The position numbers and the translations under genes were made by a program. Below the pieces are notes generated by a model. That model was not told where the DNA came from, did not search any database, and saw nothing but the letters and a program-made list of their open reading frames with translations. DNA of 64,000 nt, taken from the NCBI GenBank assembly GCA_043228905.1, contig JBHGNT010000001.1, forward strand, positions 17,732,001 to 17,796,000. The letters are read 5' to 3'. Shown one piece after another: positions 23,901 through 37,547 of the stretch (its first letter is position 1; the number at the start of each line of letters is the position of its first letter). This DNA is from Azolla caroliniana. Its lineage: Eukaryota > Plantae > Polypodiophyta.

Positions 23901-26254
23901 TATCGCTTTCAGCTTCTTGCCGGATTCCCTTTCCACTCTCGTGTGGAGTTCTTTGAAGACGCACAACACTTCGTCCTTTGTCTTCAACGGTGCCGTTCAC
24001 AGCTTCTGGCTGTGGTCATCAATGAATGTCACGAAGTACTGGGCTCCGCCATGTGACTTCGTTTCTACTTGACACACGTCAGTGTGCACCAACTCCAATG
24101 GTGCGCTACGTCTCGTCGGTGGCCTTGAGTGGAAGGAGGTTCGGTTCTGCTTACCGGCCAGGCAATCGGTGCACTTCTCCAGGTGCACATGCTTCACTGG
24201 AATAAGGTTGTCTTCTGCAAGCCTCTTCATCCCCTTCTCACTCATGTGGCACAGTCTCTTGTGCCACAGCTCACCGGCAGTGTCGGCTGCCACGTTCAAC
24301 TCCTCTGGACACAACCAGGCATTCATAAGGTACAGTGTGTTGACTTTCTGGGCCCGAGCCACTATCAGGCTCCCCTTGCTGAACTTCATTATGCCGTTCC
24401 GGATGCTACCTGTGTAGCCTTCATCGTCTAGCCTCCCGGCCGAAATCAGGTTCAATCGAACCTCCGGAACGTGTCGGACATCCTTCAGCAACATTTTGCA
24501 TCCGGTCGAGGTTATCAACCACACGTCTCCTATGCCGGCAATCCGGCACGTACCTTCATTTCCCATCCGAACACAGCCATGCTCACCGGCTGTGTAGGAT
24601 GAGAAGTATCTTCTTTCCGGGGTCAGGTGGAACGACGCTCCGGAATCGACCACCCAGGTAGTCTCATCGCCGGCAATGTTTAGTTCACCTTCTTCGGTGA
24701 TGAGCATGATCTCCTCTTCACTTGCCGCGAGTGCCGTCGTTCCTTTCCGGTCCTGCCCTCGCCGATCCGAACCATTCCGGTCCGTGGCTCCCCGGTAAGC
24801 ACCGTTCCGTTCCGAAGACTTCTTCGAATCGGTGTCGTCGGCTCCGTTGTCTTTTCGGTAATGCCGACAATTCTTTCGGAAGTGACCCGGCTTCCCACAG
24901 TGGAAGCATGTGGGCCTTCCTCTTGACTGCGACCGGGTCCCCGACATCTCCCGTCTTTGCGGACTCCGGTTCCGTTGTCTTCCCCGATCCGATTCGGCAA
25001 GCAGCATCTTCGGATTGGAGGCCGGTTCTTTATCTCTCCGACGCGCTTCTTCGTTCAAAATGCTTGTCTTTACCGTTTGTAGGGACAAGTTATCTTCAGT
25101 GCAGGAGGTGCTGAGAGTCACCACCAAGTTCTCCCAGCTTTCCGGCAATGTACACATCAGTATGATGGCTTGCATTGCATCCTCCAACGGGAACTTGATC
25201 GCCGCAAGCTGGTTCACGAATCCCATGAACGTGCTTACGTGTTCCACCATACTCTCGCCGTCCCGGTACTTGAGGTTCACTATCTTCCTCATCAGGGAGG
25301 TCCGGTTCAACGCATTCTTCCTCTCGTAGAGGCCCGACAGCTTCTGCCACATCTCATATGCGTTGGTGTCGTTCGCCACATGTTGTAGAACGGTCACGTC
25401 GACGTATTGCCGAATGGTTGCAACGGCTTTCCGGTTCAGAAGCCTCCATTCCGTCTCAAGTACCCCCTTGGGTATTTCTGACCTGTCGATCGGTTCATAC
25501 AGGTCCCGAACAATGAGCAGATCCTCCATCTTTATCTTCCAGTCGGCGTAGTTCTGTGCATTCAGCACTATCATCCCCGGCTGCCCGCTGCTGCCGCCTT
25601 CCATTTTCTGCACTGCAGTCGCTCTGATACCAGATTGTTAGGAATTGACCCTTTCAAAACCTTCACCTCTCGGCCACAACCGAGGAAACACGAGTCAATG
25701 CAGCAGTAAATCGAAAACACAGAGAGAGACTCGAATGCACAGGGTTTAGCGTGGAAAACCCTAGACGGGAAAAACCACGGGAGTGCAAGACTCCAACTAT
25801 CACTATACGCAGGGAATGTACAATGACGAGCTGCAAGGCGACGACCTTGAGCTCGCTGTCCTCGCCACAGGCGGCGGTATTACACAGAGGCGTCGACCTC
25901 TTCCTTTCTCTCTCTCTCACTCTCTCTCTCGGCTGCTCTCACTTCGCTCCCTCTAAGTGGAAAACAGAAAAATAAGCAACAACTACAAACTGTTTGCCCT
26001 AAGTCATATTTATACACTTATGACTTTCGGGCTATTTACAAATATAGCCTCAAGGGGCCCTTGGCAAACATATTCACAAATATGTCCCCGCATCCGGATC
26101 TCTCTCCGGGTACATTCGTCATCCGGCTCCGTAGCCGGGGTCTTCATCATCCGGATCCGGAACCGGGTCTTCATCATCCGGCTCCGGAACCGGGTCTTCA
26201 TTCCCGATTCCCGGACATCCGACCATCCCATCCGGAGGGACCGTAATCCCAACA
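20902..26254 (-). mobile_element. Full-length young Tork-like copia (copy D, Gag type II)
   Basis: 619-bp LTRs 20902-21520 and 25636-26254 with 3 differences seen; TSD AGACC; PBS 25621-25632; PPT 21521-21533. Confidence 0.97.
21531..25604 (-). pseudogene. gag-pol of copy D with a single premature stop (TGG->TGA) in the integrase
   Basis: ORFs 23997-25613 and 21531-23987 are in frame and separated by one TGA at 23997-23999, where copies G and H read W (KLWTAP). Confidence 0.95.
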
Positions 26255-28369
26255 AGACCTCCCCGCGGAGGCATATGAGTTCAGTGCACTACTTCGACTA
26301 GGCACCACATATGAGTTAATGGATTTCCTCGCGTGCGCCCAAGTAGTTGTTGCCGCTTGTATGGCCGAGGAGCACGCGGAAACAAAGATGATCCAACGTG
26401 CTCTAATGGGAGAAATCGAACCTCACGAGGATCGAGCCTTACGGAAGATAGGGCGGAAGAAGCAAGCACAAAATGATTCTCTCCTCGTGGAGCTACCGGA
26501 TCTAAACATGGTCCTAGTCGAGGCATATCGAAATCTGCACCACACAACTCGGGTAGCCCAGGACATGGCCCGACGTATCAAAACGACACAGCTATGGCAA
26601 GCCGCCGAGCAGAAACTGGTGTCATTGGAGCAACAACATCAAGAACAACCGCCCTTACGCCTCCCTGCCCCGAGTAACGATGTCCCACCAGCCCCTCTTC
26701 CGAACCCGAGCCTGAGTGCTACCATTACCCAAGCACACAACGATGACAGAGCTCACCCTAGGGTAGCCACGGTCGATGCAAGCACAATGATAGATTCGGT
26801 ACAAACAAGCGAGGCATTGTCACTGGCAGACAAAAGCCCGTACCCCCCAACCAGTCACACTTCCACGCAAACGCCACCACCACATGTCGTCATGGAAAGA
26901 TCTACACAGACGGACAGGGAACCTACTCCCCGGAATCAGCAAGCGGCAACCCAGACAAGGCCTCCCCTCCGTGACTACCAAGAGGAGCTTAAGGCCTAGA
27001 TCGCTTTGGCCGAGCTAGGAGAGCAAAACCACAACAACATTATTGGCCAACTACGGGAACAAGCCGCGGGCCATGAAGCTGACCTCAAGCGACTGCTTGT
27101 TGAAAGCTCGGTCGCACTCAAAGGACAAGAACCAGAGGTGATAAACCTTTAGGTCTCTATCACCGAGGCCAAAGAACGATTCATCAAAGAAGCAGAGAGG
27201 AATAGCCAACGAGAACGCGAGCTATTTGCAGACAACCAGGAATTACGTCGTCAACAAAGGGCATTACAAGAATTGGCAAACGAACACATGCAAAAGTGGA
27301 GGATCTCGGAAGAGCCAAGGGCAATTTTTTTTTATGCTTATCACCACTTAGTTGCAAACAGAGGACATCACCACTAGGGAACGACAACGGGATGCTTGGA
27401 GACAGGAAATGGACGAAACTGTAGCTCAGCTCACCAACTGTTACGAACAGACAATCGCGCTCGTAACCACAAAAGCAAAAGATAACCAAGCTACTTGGGC
27501 GCTCCTCGTCCGCAAATGCCAAGAAGACGCCAAGGCCGCAAGGGAGGAAGTGGAAGTTCACCAAGCTAGCATCGGCATGGACAATACTGAAATAAAGATC
27601 CTGATCAACAAGTATCGCCAGCAAGTCACCAAGAAAATCGAGGAAACGCTCAACCGTGTATGGCATGAATGGTCAACCAAAGCCACTGAACTACACATAT
27701 TACGCGCGGACGCTGAGAACCGAAGGAAGGAGGGCTGAGGGTTTTACAAGATAGATGACACCAGCATCCAGATCCTCCGTGAAGACTTGACTGAGGAATA
27801 TCATACCTTAGCAGCATCCCACACCGTGGCCATCGAGCAACTTCTAGAGGAATTCAACGATGATCAAATGATGTTCTGTTTAGAAGTCGAAGCTTACGAG
27901 GAGGAACGCCTAGCTACCGTGACTAACAGAGCTCCCACGATAGAGGTGCATGAACCCGAGCCAACCACCACGGAAGCTAGATAGGAGGAAGCCGCCCCTA
28001 CAGATCCCCACATCACCATCGAGCCAGAAACTACGACCACGACCCTACCTGAATCGGAACCAACAGAGGGCGGCGTATGCGAAGACACAGCCATCCCTGA
28101 CTCGGCAGCAAAACCCCCATCACCAACCCAACCTTCCGAGTAGCCAGACCAACCCCATGCCCCCGAGGATATCCTCGGCATATTAGAAGAGGATTAAAAC
28201 AAACCCATAAGCCCCTTGTATAAACGGACAAATTTTGTAAATTTTTTTGTTTTTGCAAACTCCGTGGTTATCCCTTCACTTTGTGAATCGTGGGTCCGAC
28301 GGACAAAGTCCTGTCCCACGGGCGTGCGAGGTGTTGGGCATAGGCCAGAAATATAAATACATAATATGT

Positions 28370-31300
28370 AAACTCACAATGATTATATTTGTTTCCTCTA
28401 CAAGCTGCGGCTGAGGTAAAGGGTCCCACGAAATCGAGGCCCCATTTCTAGAAAGAGTCAAGTGGAAATACCCGCCGATGAGGCATCTGTGTCAGCTTCG
28501 TGGGTTGGCCCATACACTGGCAGAGGTCACATTCTTTATAGTATACGTACGCATTCCTTTGGGTTGCTGGCCACCACAGACCTACTTGCCATACTTTCCG
28601 AGACGTGACATCCCCCGCGTAGTGGCCCCCTGCTATGCTGCAGTGAGCCTCTCGTAATACCGCCTCCTTCTCGTATTGTCGTACACCCTGCCGCCAGATT
28701 CCATCGCTTCCCTTATGTTATAATACTCCTTCTACTAGGCAAAAGTTCTGGCTGCTAACCGCGAGTTGTTTCTTTTCGTCTGTTCTTAGCTGTGGCGGTG
28801 GTAAGCCAGTTGTCGCATAACTACGCATGCGTGTGCGAAGCTAGCCAGGACCACGGGGGCCTCAGACCGAAGAGGTCAAGAAGAAGAAGAATAAGATAGA
28901 CGGAGGGTGCGTAGGGAGTTAGGTGTTAAGATGCATAGATCACAACTGGCTCGGCTGGGGTCAGAGCAACACACTAGATGATCAACAGGAAATGCATAAC
29001 AACATTTCAATTAGGAGGCAGAGAAGTTACAACCAGCTTAGCCGGTAGCCGAGCTACCATCTCAATGAGCAACCCACGCACACCAATCACCGAAGTACAA
29101 CATGAAGCCTCTACCAGAAGCACACGGGCTTTCTACGCGAGCAGACGCGTCCGACCTAAGAGGAAAAATACAAAAAAAAAAGCAGAAAATACAGAGAATA
29201 AGCACTCGGTTCCTAGTCCAACAACACTTTGTTCTCCTTAAACGTGCGATCCATTTCTCAGCCCTCTCTCCCTCCTTTTATAGGCCAAGGAGGGGGGGGG
29301 TGGGGGCTATTACATCATATAATTATTTCCTACCGCCTCGGACAAACATTCATTTAGATTCATTTCCTATTTAATTCGTCCTATTAATGCGTTCCTATAT
29401 CACACTGTCGTACACTTAGTCCTAGGTTATTTACAAGCATATACTACAACTTGCGTGCATCCGTGCATGCAGCCGTTCACGCGCCTTTGGTTCTTTTTCC
29501 TCGTTTAGCCGGTTTTCCCCACGACATCCACCTCTACCAAACCGCACATCCACCGGTATGTGCCGAGAGAGGGAGAGAGCGAAAATCCGGCCCCGTGTTA
29601 CTCGTCATCCTCCGACCCGTTGACCTCCCCGTCTTCGTCCGTTCTTTCCGGGTCGTCATGTACACCCATGCGGTCCGGGCCCAGCTCGTCCTCGTACCGC
29701 TTCTTGAAAGCCTTGATCTGCTTTCCCACAATCAGTACCGTTGTTCTCGTTCCGTCAAGCTTCGTGAGATGGTACGTGGCGTTGTCGTTCGTGCTCGTCA
29801 CCAAGTAAGGACCGAACCATCTCCTCGAGAATTTATGCGTTGTCTTGTGCTGGTTGTCAAGGTTGTTGTCGTATACCAATACCCAGTCCCCTTCCTCAAT
29901 CATCTTCGGTCTTAGCCGGTGCGTCCGGTCAAACCGGTCCTTGTTCTTCACACACACCGTGTACAACTTCCCTTTTGCCCTGTCTACGTCCTCTGGCCTC
30001 CGCTCGAGTTATCGAATCCTCGCCGCCAACAGCTCCTCCCGGCTCATTTCACTCGTCCAATTGATCGCCACCCACAAAAAAATTGTGTGTTCCACCGGCA
30101 TGATGGGCTTTTGCCCATACATGAGTTCCGTCGGCATGAACCTGGTCACCGAACTATGTGTATGGTAGGAACCGCAGCCAATTCTCGACTTGCCCTTCAC
30201 ATGCCTATACTAGATCGTTGTGCCCTACTACCTAGTTCGTTGCCATTGTCGATGCTGCTCAGATAGTTCATGACTGCATGCTGTGTTCCTAGCCGATGTT
30301 GGACCTCGAATTCAAATTCCTATAATAGTAGCATCCACCAGGCTAATTTCCTGGTTAGTGACTGTTTATCGACCAGGTACAGTAATTCGAACTGACCCAC
30401 ATGGAAAGTGAATTTCCTTCCTAATAAATAATGTCGAATAATGACGTTGTAGATAATACCCAAAGCTTTGCGCTCTGTTCTCGAATAGTTCCGTTCGACA
30501 TCTGACAATTTACGACTAGAATAGTATGTTGGCTAGGCTCGATGAGCTGCATCAGTGCGCTACCGATGGCTAAGTTGGAGGCATCCACGAATACGTGGAA
30601 TGGCTTGGACCAGTCTGGAGGTTGTACTACAAGTGCTTGTGTAAGCATCACCTTCAGTGCTTCGTACACCTTATCCTCCATTGCAATCCATTTGAATGGT
30701 GTGTGGTGCACCGCCGCATATAGCAGTGTTGCAAAATCCGCCAAATAACGGAGCATACGGTTGTGCCAGCGGATTTTCCCCAAAAAACGGCTAAGGGCCT
30801 TTGCATTACTAGGGGTTTTAGTCTCAACAATGGCTTTGATTTCTCCTGAATCCATCGCAGTATCGTCCGTGCTCACTATGTGCACAAGAAGGGCTTCGCT
30901 TGTAACCCCTAAATGTGCACTTGGCCGGATTGAGACTGAGCCACAATGTACGGCATCATTCTAAACATAGCCTTAGATGGCTCAAGTGATCCACTCACAT
31001 CCCATAGAATGCAAAGTCATCGAGGAAGACTTGCATGAACGCATGGATGAAGTCACCAAAAATCTCTGCAATGGCACGTTGGAACATGGATTGAGCGGTT
31101 GTTAATCCGAACATCATTACCACCGCCACAAAGACACCCCATTCAGTTACGAAAGTGGTTTTCTTCTGATCTTTTGGGTGCATGCGTATTTGGTTATAAC
31201 CCCTAAACCCATCCAGAAAATTGTACATGTTGTGACCTACGACCGCGTCCAGTACACTATCCGTAAATGGCAAGGGAAATGCATCGGTGATTGTGACGAT

Positions 31301-34300
31301 GTTTAACTTGCGATAGTCGACACACACTCAGATTTTGAGATTTTTCTTTGGTACAAACACTATTGGGCTAAGCCATGTGGCATACTTTACTGGCCGAATA
31401 AAGCCAACTTTCAAAAGTTTGTCAATTTCCTCCTTTACGCGTGCCGCATAATTCGGGTTCATACGATAGCGTCTTTGCTGAACTAGTTTTGCATCTGTGG
31501 CCAAATGAATTTTGTGCTGGTAGAATTTTGGGTCTAGGCCCTTCATGTCATCATGTGACCATGCGAAGACATCTTTAAACTTTGTTCATGTCATCATGTG
31601 CCCCTCTCAAATGCCTCCCATGCCTTGCTCAATTCCGACACCAATTCCGGATTTGCTTCGTCGTCGTCTTCGTTCGGAGCACTCGTTGGGATGTACTCGC
31701 TAGCTATCTCGAGTACATCTATCTCAAATAGTGGTACTATCCACGTATTTTCATCCAGGTATGCCTTGAGTTCCGTATCCTCCAGCCCTTCGAGCATATT
31801 AATTTCTTCAGGGAAGAGTAGCGTTATTGTTTTCGTGGGGGCGGCGGTTTCCTGTGTCGGTACTCGGACCATGCTTCATCCTCGTCGGAAGCTAATGGAG
31901 TTGTGCTGCCAGTTTTGGTTAATAATAGTAGAATGTAACCATGGTCTTCCTAACAAGATAGGATGCGCCCCAAGCGCATACAAAGCCAACACATGCGCCC
32001 CTAGCGCATACAAAGCCAACACAATTGTGGAAATTTCAAAGGTATGACCCCAATGGTCTAACGGAATTGGTATCTGCCATACGGAGCCAAAAGGGCACGC
32101 TTCCCATTCTGTAATACCGAAGCGGTTACATGTGGTTTTACTTATCACATTCACCCTGGACCCGTCATCGACAATGCATCCCGTGATTTCCTGCCCTTAT
32201 AGCACCACCTTGATGGCTGGATTGTAGTGATCAACCACGGTTGGGCCTGTGCTAGACTCTATATAATTGGCCGAAATCTCTAGGTCCTCTGTGCCCCACA
32301 TCCGATTTTCTATGATCTATCGGAATCAATGGACAACTCGTAATAATTTGTCCATGGTTAGCATAATTTCACAATCAACCAGTATTTGCCATATTGGATC
32401 TGGCATGAATACCGTGTCTTTAGTATGTGTGGTATTGTGGCCCGACTCTTGCCTCATGCGTTTCACGTTGGCTTCATTTTCCTTTTCTACCCAAGTTTTT
32501 GCAACTTTGCGGATCTCGTCTTGTTCTACCCAGTCCGTGTTTTTTGCCTTACTGCAGGTTGTAACCTGCTGGACGTCTGTCGTGATTGTATTCACCGCTG
32601 GTCCTTTCCCATTATTGCGGCATGGGCATTGAGTTGCGTAATGACCTGGCTATTGACAAATAAAACAGTGGAGGCTAGACTCACCTTTTTCAACAATCGG
32701 GGTTGCGGTGGTTTCCATAGGTGCCGTCTGTTGTACCTGGGGTTGCTGGAACCGCCTGTTGTTGCGGGGCTTTTGGCGATATTCACGACAACTATCTTGG
32801 TGTCGTTCTTCCTCCAAGCTTTCATTGTGTTTACATTGGTTCCGTGATTGGCGATTACCCCCGTACAAACGGGGTTCCGCCTGTCCACCGCGATCGTTGG
32901 TGGTACGCCAGTTCTCATAGCGGCGTTCTCCACGAGGATTGTAACAGTCATTGCTTGTATACTTCTCTTCTTCCTGCTCCTCTTCGTCGGAATAAGGATC
33001 GTTGTTGCGATAGAGGCGGTTCGGCCTTCCTGTATGCTGATTCTACTCCGTGTTACGATAGCGCTCTTCGTGTCGGCCTTGGTTATTGTTGTGGTAAGGC
33101 CGTGGAGGCTCCATACGGCGGACTGACGGTGTGGGCCTATTCAGCATGTTATATTCACACTGATCCACGGCATGCACCCGTGAATGACAAATGGGGCAAT
33201 GGATTCGCATATTACAATCCACCGCGAAGTGCTCTAAGTTCAAGCAGATCGTGCATTGAATGGCTTGGCGGAAACAGTATTCCTCGACGGAGCGATGCCA
33301 TAGACATCCCATCGTCCTCCTTTTCTAACTCAAGTTGCAATTTCCGTTCTATGACTGCATCTGCCGTTAGGCCCGTGAGATTCTGCATATTTAACGTTGC
33401 CCATGAGGGGTCGGCGTACTACCGCCAAAAATGTTTCTTTTGCCTCATCCTCCGTCAGAGTGCATGCTAACTCTGGAACCACAAGCTGAAGTCAGCCACA
33501 GACTCTTGCAACAACTGTTTGATCATACCAAACTGGCTGATGATCTCTCCTTGGGGAATGCTTCAATGAAAGAAGCGTAAAAACAACGATTGGAGCTAGT
33601 CGAAGGAGACGAACGACGTGATGTCGAGGTGGGAATGTTAGTGGGCAGCTCACCCATCCAGGGTTAACCCAAACTCTGCGATTTTTGATGTGTGGGCTTC
33701 CATTTCCGGAAGTCGATGTGACATATCGTTCGTGTTCCAAACATTGAAGAACGACCAAGCGTGGCTCTCTCTATCAGTATCTCTGCTGAAAACCATTTTG
33801 GTCGATAGGTTATCACTCAGGAGAGTACTGCCGATGCGATGTGAGGAAGTGGTAGTTTCACTATACTGGTCAATTGGAGATAGGACATCTTGCCCAATGC
33901 CACTCTATTTAGTGAGCGTCGATTCTAGGGTATCCTCCGAGAGTGACAAAACACAGTCGTTGAGGCATGGTTTTCGCATAGCGCTTTCTTCCACTTTTCG
34001 GGTGAAGGACCGGGTCTGTGGTCGATCTTGTTGAGTTGGTTCTCGGTTATGTCGGTGGCTAGACATCCATTCCCTGATGCTTGGCTATGAGAATCATAGA
34101 CCACCGGGTGTGCCAAAAGTGTTACCAATTAGGAACATAGCCTACCCTCCATCTTTCGGGGTACGGCTCAAGAGGATCATGGTATACAGAATTGATAGCG
34201 TAGTGCGTCTCGCCTTACCCTACGGGGATGGGTAGTGTGTTACTAAGTGACCATGAAGGTAAGGCATAACAGGATACGGCTACAACCGAGCGCCTTCTTA

Positions 34301-34617
34301 CCGTAGGTCATGGTTTACATAGATACATCACTTACCCTAAGAACAGTTACACGTCCCCGTCAACACAAAGTTCAGATAATACTCAACACAGAGTACAGGA
34401 AAGACAACACGATTATATTAGACGGATTATACTCCCAAAACTACGCTAGCTGTTTGCTATGTTCTTATGCCCTTTATATATGTAGGTTATAGACGGTTAT
34501 GCTTAGTGCATGAACCATTACATGCACTTTATGGTTTCTAAAGCTTCCATCATTACAAAATATGTTTATCCAATAGTCTGCCTTTAATCTTTGGCTCGTT
34601 TCTCACTAGGGCGGACA
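28370..34617 (-). mobile_element. Degenerate non-chromovirus (Athila/Tat-type) Ty3/gypsy: 5' LTR, PBS, gag, PR, RT, RNase H, integrase N-terminus
   Basis: Probable LTR 34120-34617; PBS TGGCACACCCGGTGG at 34101-34115 (tRNA-Arg-like); paired CCHC CTICLNLEHFAVDC / CPICHSRVHAVDQC; IVDDGS (PR); CVDYRKLN..LDGFRGYNQI..VFLDDF; VFVDAS; HHCC zinc finger EAHCSIAGGHY..ECDLC and KWGLDFVGP at 28400-28740. Confidence 0.85.
28811..30165 (-). mobile_element. 3' part of a fungal-type gypsy (integrase C-terminus, PPT, 3' LTR 28811-29526) nested in the Athila/Tat-type element
   Basis: THSSVTRFMPTELMYGQKP and IEEGDWVLVYDN..RRWFGPY; PPT adjacent to 29527; LTR termini TGTCG...CGACA. Confidence 0.85.
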
Positions 34618-34619
34618 AT

Positions 34620-37540
34620 AGGCTAAATCCTTTTCTGGACTTGATTTGTTTAAAAGGGATATTATATGGTCAAAGATTCATGGTAGAGTGTTTGGACAAC
34701 ATTCAGAATGTCTATTGCAACCATTAAGTTCCTAAGAGATTCCTAAAGCAGCAAAGGCCCTAGAAAAGGACGTTTGTCCTAGATTGGATGGGTTGGGGGT
34801 TTGGTGGTATATACAACATTTCGATGTGATAGGTGACGGACTGACCAAATCTTATCAATAGATTTTAGATTCGGGAAATATGCCACAAGAATGGAACGAG
34901 GGTTTAATCTATATGATTCCCAAATCGAGTGGTCAACTACAGAAATTGCATCATTGGAGACCAATTACTTTGTTGAATGTTATTCACAAGATACTAGCAA
35001 AAAACATTAGCTAGATGCTTACAACCTCATCTTTCTGAGTTGATTCATGAGTCTCAGACTAGTTTTATGCAAAAGTGAAGTATCTTTGATAATATCATTC
35101 TTTTTTGGGAATTGGTGGCCTTTGCTGAATTACATAAGCAAGACATGGCTATGTTATTTCTTGATTTTGAAAAAGCTTACGACAGATTGGAGGGCACTTT
35201 ACTTAGGATGGGTTTTCCAAACAGATGGATAAGAGGAGTCTCAGCATTATATCGTAATGAACATAACTCTCTTTTATTTGCAGGAGATATTGGTAGACTG
35301 TTTTCTATTTCAAGATCAAAACGACAGGGATGTCGACTTGCTCCTTTTCTGGTTTTCCCTAGTGATAGGGTGTATAAGATAATAGATAGTTATACACTAT
35401 ATGAGGGCTTGACCAAACCGATTAGATGGAGTTGAAAATCATAATATATTATTTAGCTCTAGGTAATTATGATTAGAGAGTATAACTCAAGAAACTAAGA
35501 AAAAAGATAGAGAAAGCGAGCAAGAAATAAGAATGTTCTGATATTCCAACATCAAGAGAATACAAAGGAGACAAACTCCACATTGAACTAAAACCAAAGA
35601 CCTTCCTCTTCTAAGACACTTCCTCTTCCACAAAGACACTTCTTCTTAACACTCCTCATCCACTCTTTGACCTTCACTCTTCGCCCCCTCCTCACTAATA
35701 TCACTTCTTCTTTTATAACCTTCTTCTTATCCACGTTCATGCTATTTTTAGAAGCTTTTTATCTCCCTATTTTTAGCTATGACACATCGACCTTCTAATC
35801 GTCATATCTCCCTCATTCGATATCCAAATTAAGAGATTTAAAAAGCTATAGAAAGCTCTTTTTACAAGCTTTCTAATCCATATTTAAACGTGATATTTGG
35901 ATAAACAACGAGGGAGTTATGACCATTCTATTTTTACTGTTTTTTATAGTCTGCGTTTTTCTCTTTTTACTTTTCTCTTGGTCTTGTACTTTTACTTTTG
36001 ACTCCTTCCCTAAGCTCTTAGTTCGTGTTCTTATCCTCCAAATGTGAATTATCCATACTTTATATCCATCTAGTGTTCAATGGTTTGAATTCAAAAAACA
36101 CTTTCACACCTAGTATCTGAAGCGTTTTCTATACATGTAAATTCTAATGATGTAAATATCAAAGGTTTAGCACTACCATTTGCACATATTGGTGTGGACA
36201 ATGAGTTTGTTGATGATACAACTCTCTATGTTCAAGCCTCACAAGGTAATTTGTTGCAGGTTCAAAAAGGTGTGGATGACTTCTCAGATGCATTAGGTGC
36301 ATTGATCAATTGGGATAAATCAACTAGTTTTTGGGTGGCTTCGGGTGATCTACTAGTTGATGTACCTAATTCTGGATTTACGTGGATACCTAAAGGTCAG
36401 TCCATTACGTATCTAGGATGTAGAGTAGGTTTGGAATTAAATGTAGAAGATAATATTGCGTTGTTGTTGTTGTTGTTAAGATTAAGGAATAAGTTAATAT
36501 ACTGGAATAAGGAAAAGTTATCCCTAGTAGGACGTGTAGTTGCGGCTGATTCAGCATTTTTGTCCTCGAGTTAGTATATAGCATCTACATGGTTGTTTTC
36601 TCTTAAGGTTGAACGTCTAGTACGGAATTTTATTTGCGGGAATGCTAGTTCAGACAATCCTGTAGTAAAGGTCAGTCCATTATGTATCTAGGATGTAGAG
36701 TAGGTTTGGAATTAAATGTAGACGATATGATTGCGATGTTGTTGTTACGATTAAGGGATAAGTTAATATACTGGAATAAGGAAAAGTTATCCGTAGTAGG
36801 ACATGTAGTTGTGGCTAATTCAGTGCTTTTGTCCTTGAGTTGGTATATAGCATCTACATGGTTGTTTTCTAGATCAGTAATGCCCAAGGTTCAATGTCTA
36901 GTACAAAATTTTATTTGGGGGAATGCTAGTTCAGACAATCCTGTAGCAAAGGTAGCTTGGTCGATGCTTATACAACCTAAACAAAATGGAGGTTTAGGTT
37001 TGATTGATCCTATTATGCAAAGTAAAGCATTACTTGCTAAACATGTTGTTAGGAGTTTATTTCCAGGAGAGGAGTTATGGAAAAAGTTATGGATTCGTCA
37101 TTTTTATAATTTTAAACCATCGGTAGGTGGTCAATGGAGTGATAGTCTTAAATGGTTCTTTAATTCAGATTTTCCGTTACATAAGTCGAATGATGGAGGT
37201 TTATGTTTCTTTAATGGAACTCTACATGCATGGGAAAGTATTCGTCAAACACTTGTCTTTGTGACACACAACATTTATAATCAATTCTTGTGTCACCCGT
37301 TGTTATGGAATCATTTATTTATTGATGACGTTGCATGTGTTTTGAGTTTACGACCAAGGTTATCTTGGGTTGTAATGGATAGAGGCCCAACTCGAATGGT
37401 TGCGGATTGGTTACAGTTTTTACAGATTTTAGTGTACAACCAAAGGGATTTGTTCTCTAATGCAAGAAGGCAAATATTATGTTTTCTCAATTATTCACCG
37501 TGTATCAGGTAATAGTGCCAACTTTGCAGTTCGACAATTT
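34620..37540 (+). mobile_element. Degenerate L1-clade LINE ORF2 (reverse transcriptase) fragment
   Basis: WRPITLLN, LFLDFEKAYDR, SKRQGCRLAPFL, EFVDDTTLY, YLGC and VAKVAWS..PKQNGGLGL; contains stops and frameshifts. Confidence 0.9.
35363..36108. repeat. Solo LTR (746 bp) with a perfect 5-bp TSD inside the LINE RT
   Basis: TG...CA ends; CCTAG at 35358-35362 and 36109-36113; the LINE reading resumes as LVSEAFS. Confidence 0.9.
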
Positions 37541-37547
37541 TTAGGGT

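Larger units (their letters stand above)
20050..28186 (+). pseudogene. Degenerate extra (antisense) ORF of the minus-strand Athila/Tat-type gypsy, split by copy D
   Basis: Collinear + strand ORF pieces 20021-20524, 26319-26999, 27352-27738 and 27787-27984 on both sides of the AGACC TSD: helical domain (AIIIRAYEGDKIDWGII), P/T-rich linker, coiled-coil. It lies 3' of the element's integrase. Confidence 0.6.

Noticed and set aside
23988-23999. Programmed stop-codon readthrough between the two ORFs of copy D
   Set aside because: Sister copies have TGG at this position and it lies mid-integrase, so it is a simple nonsense mutation.
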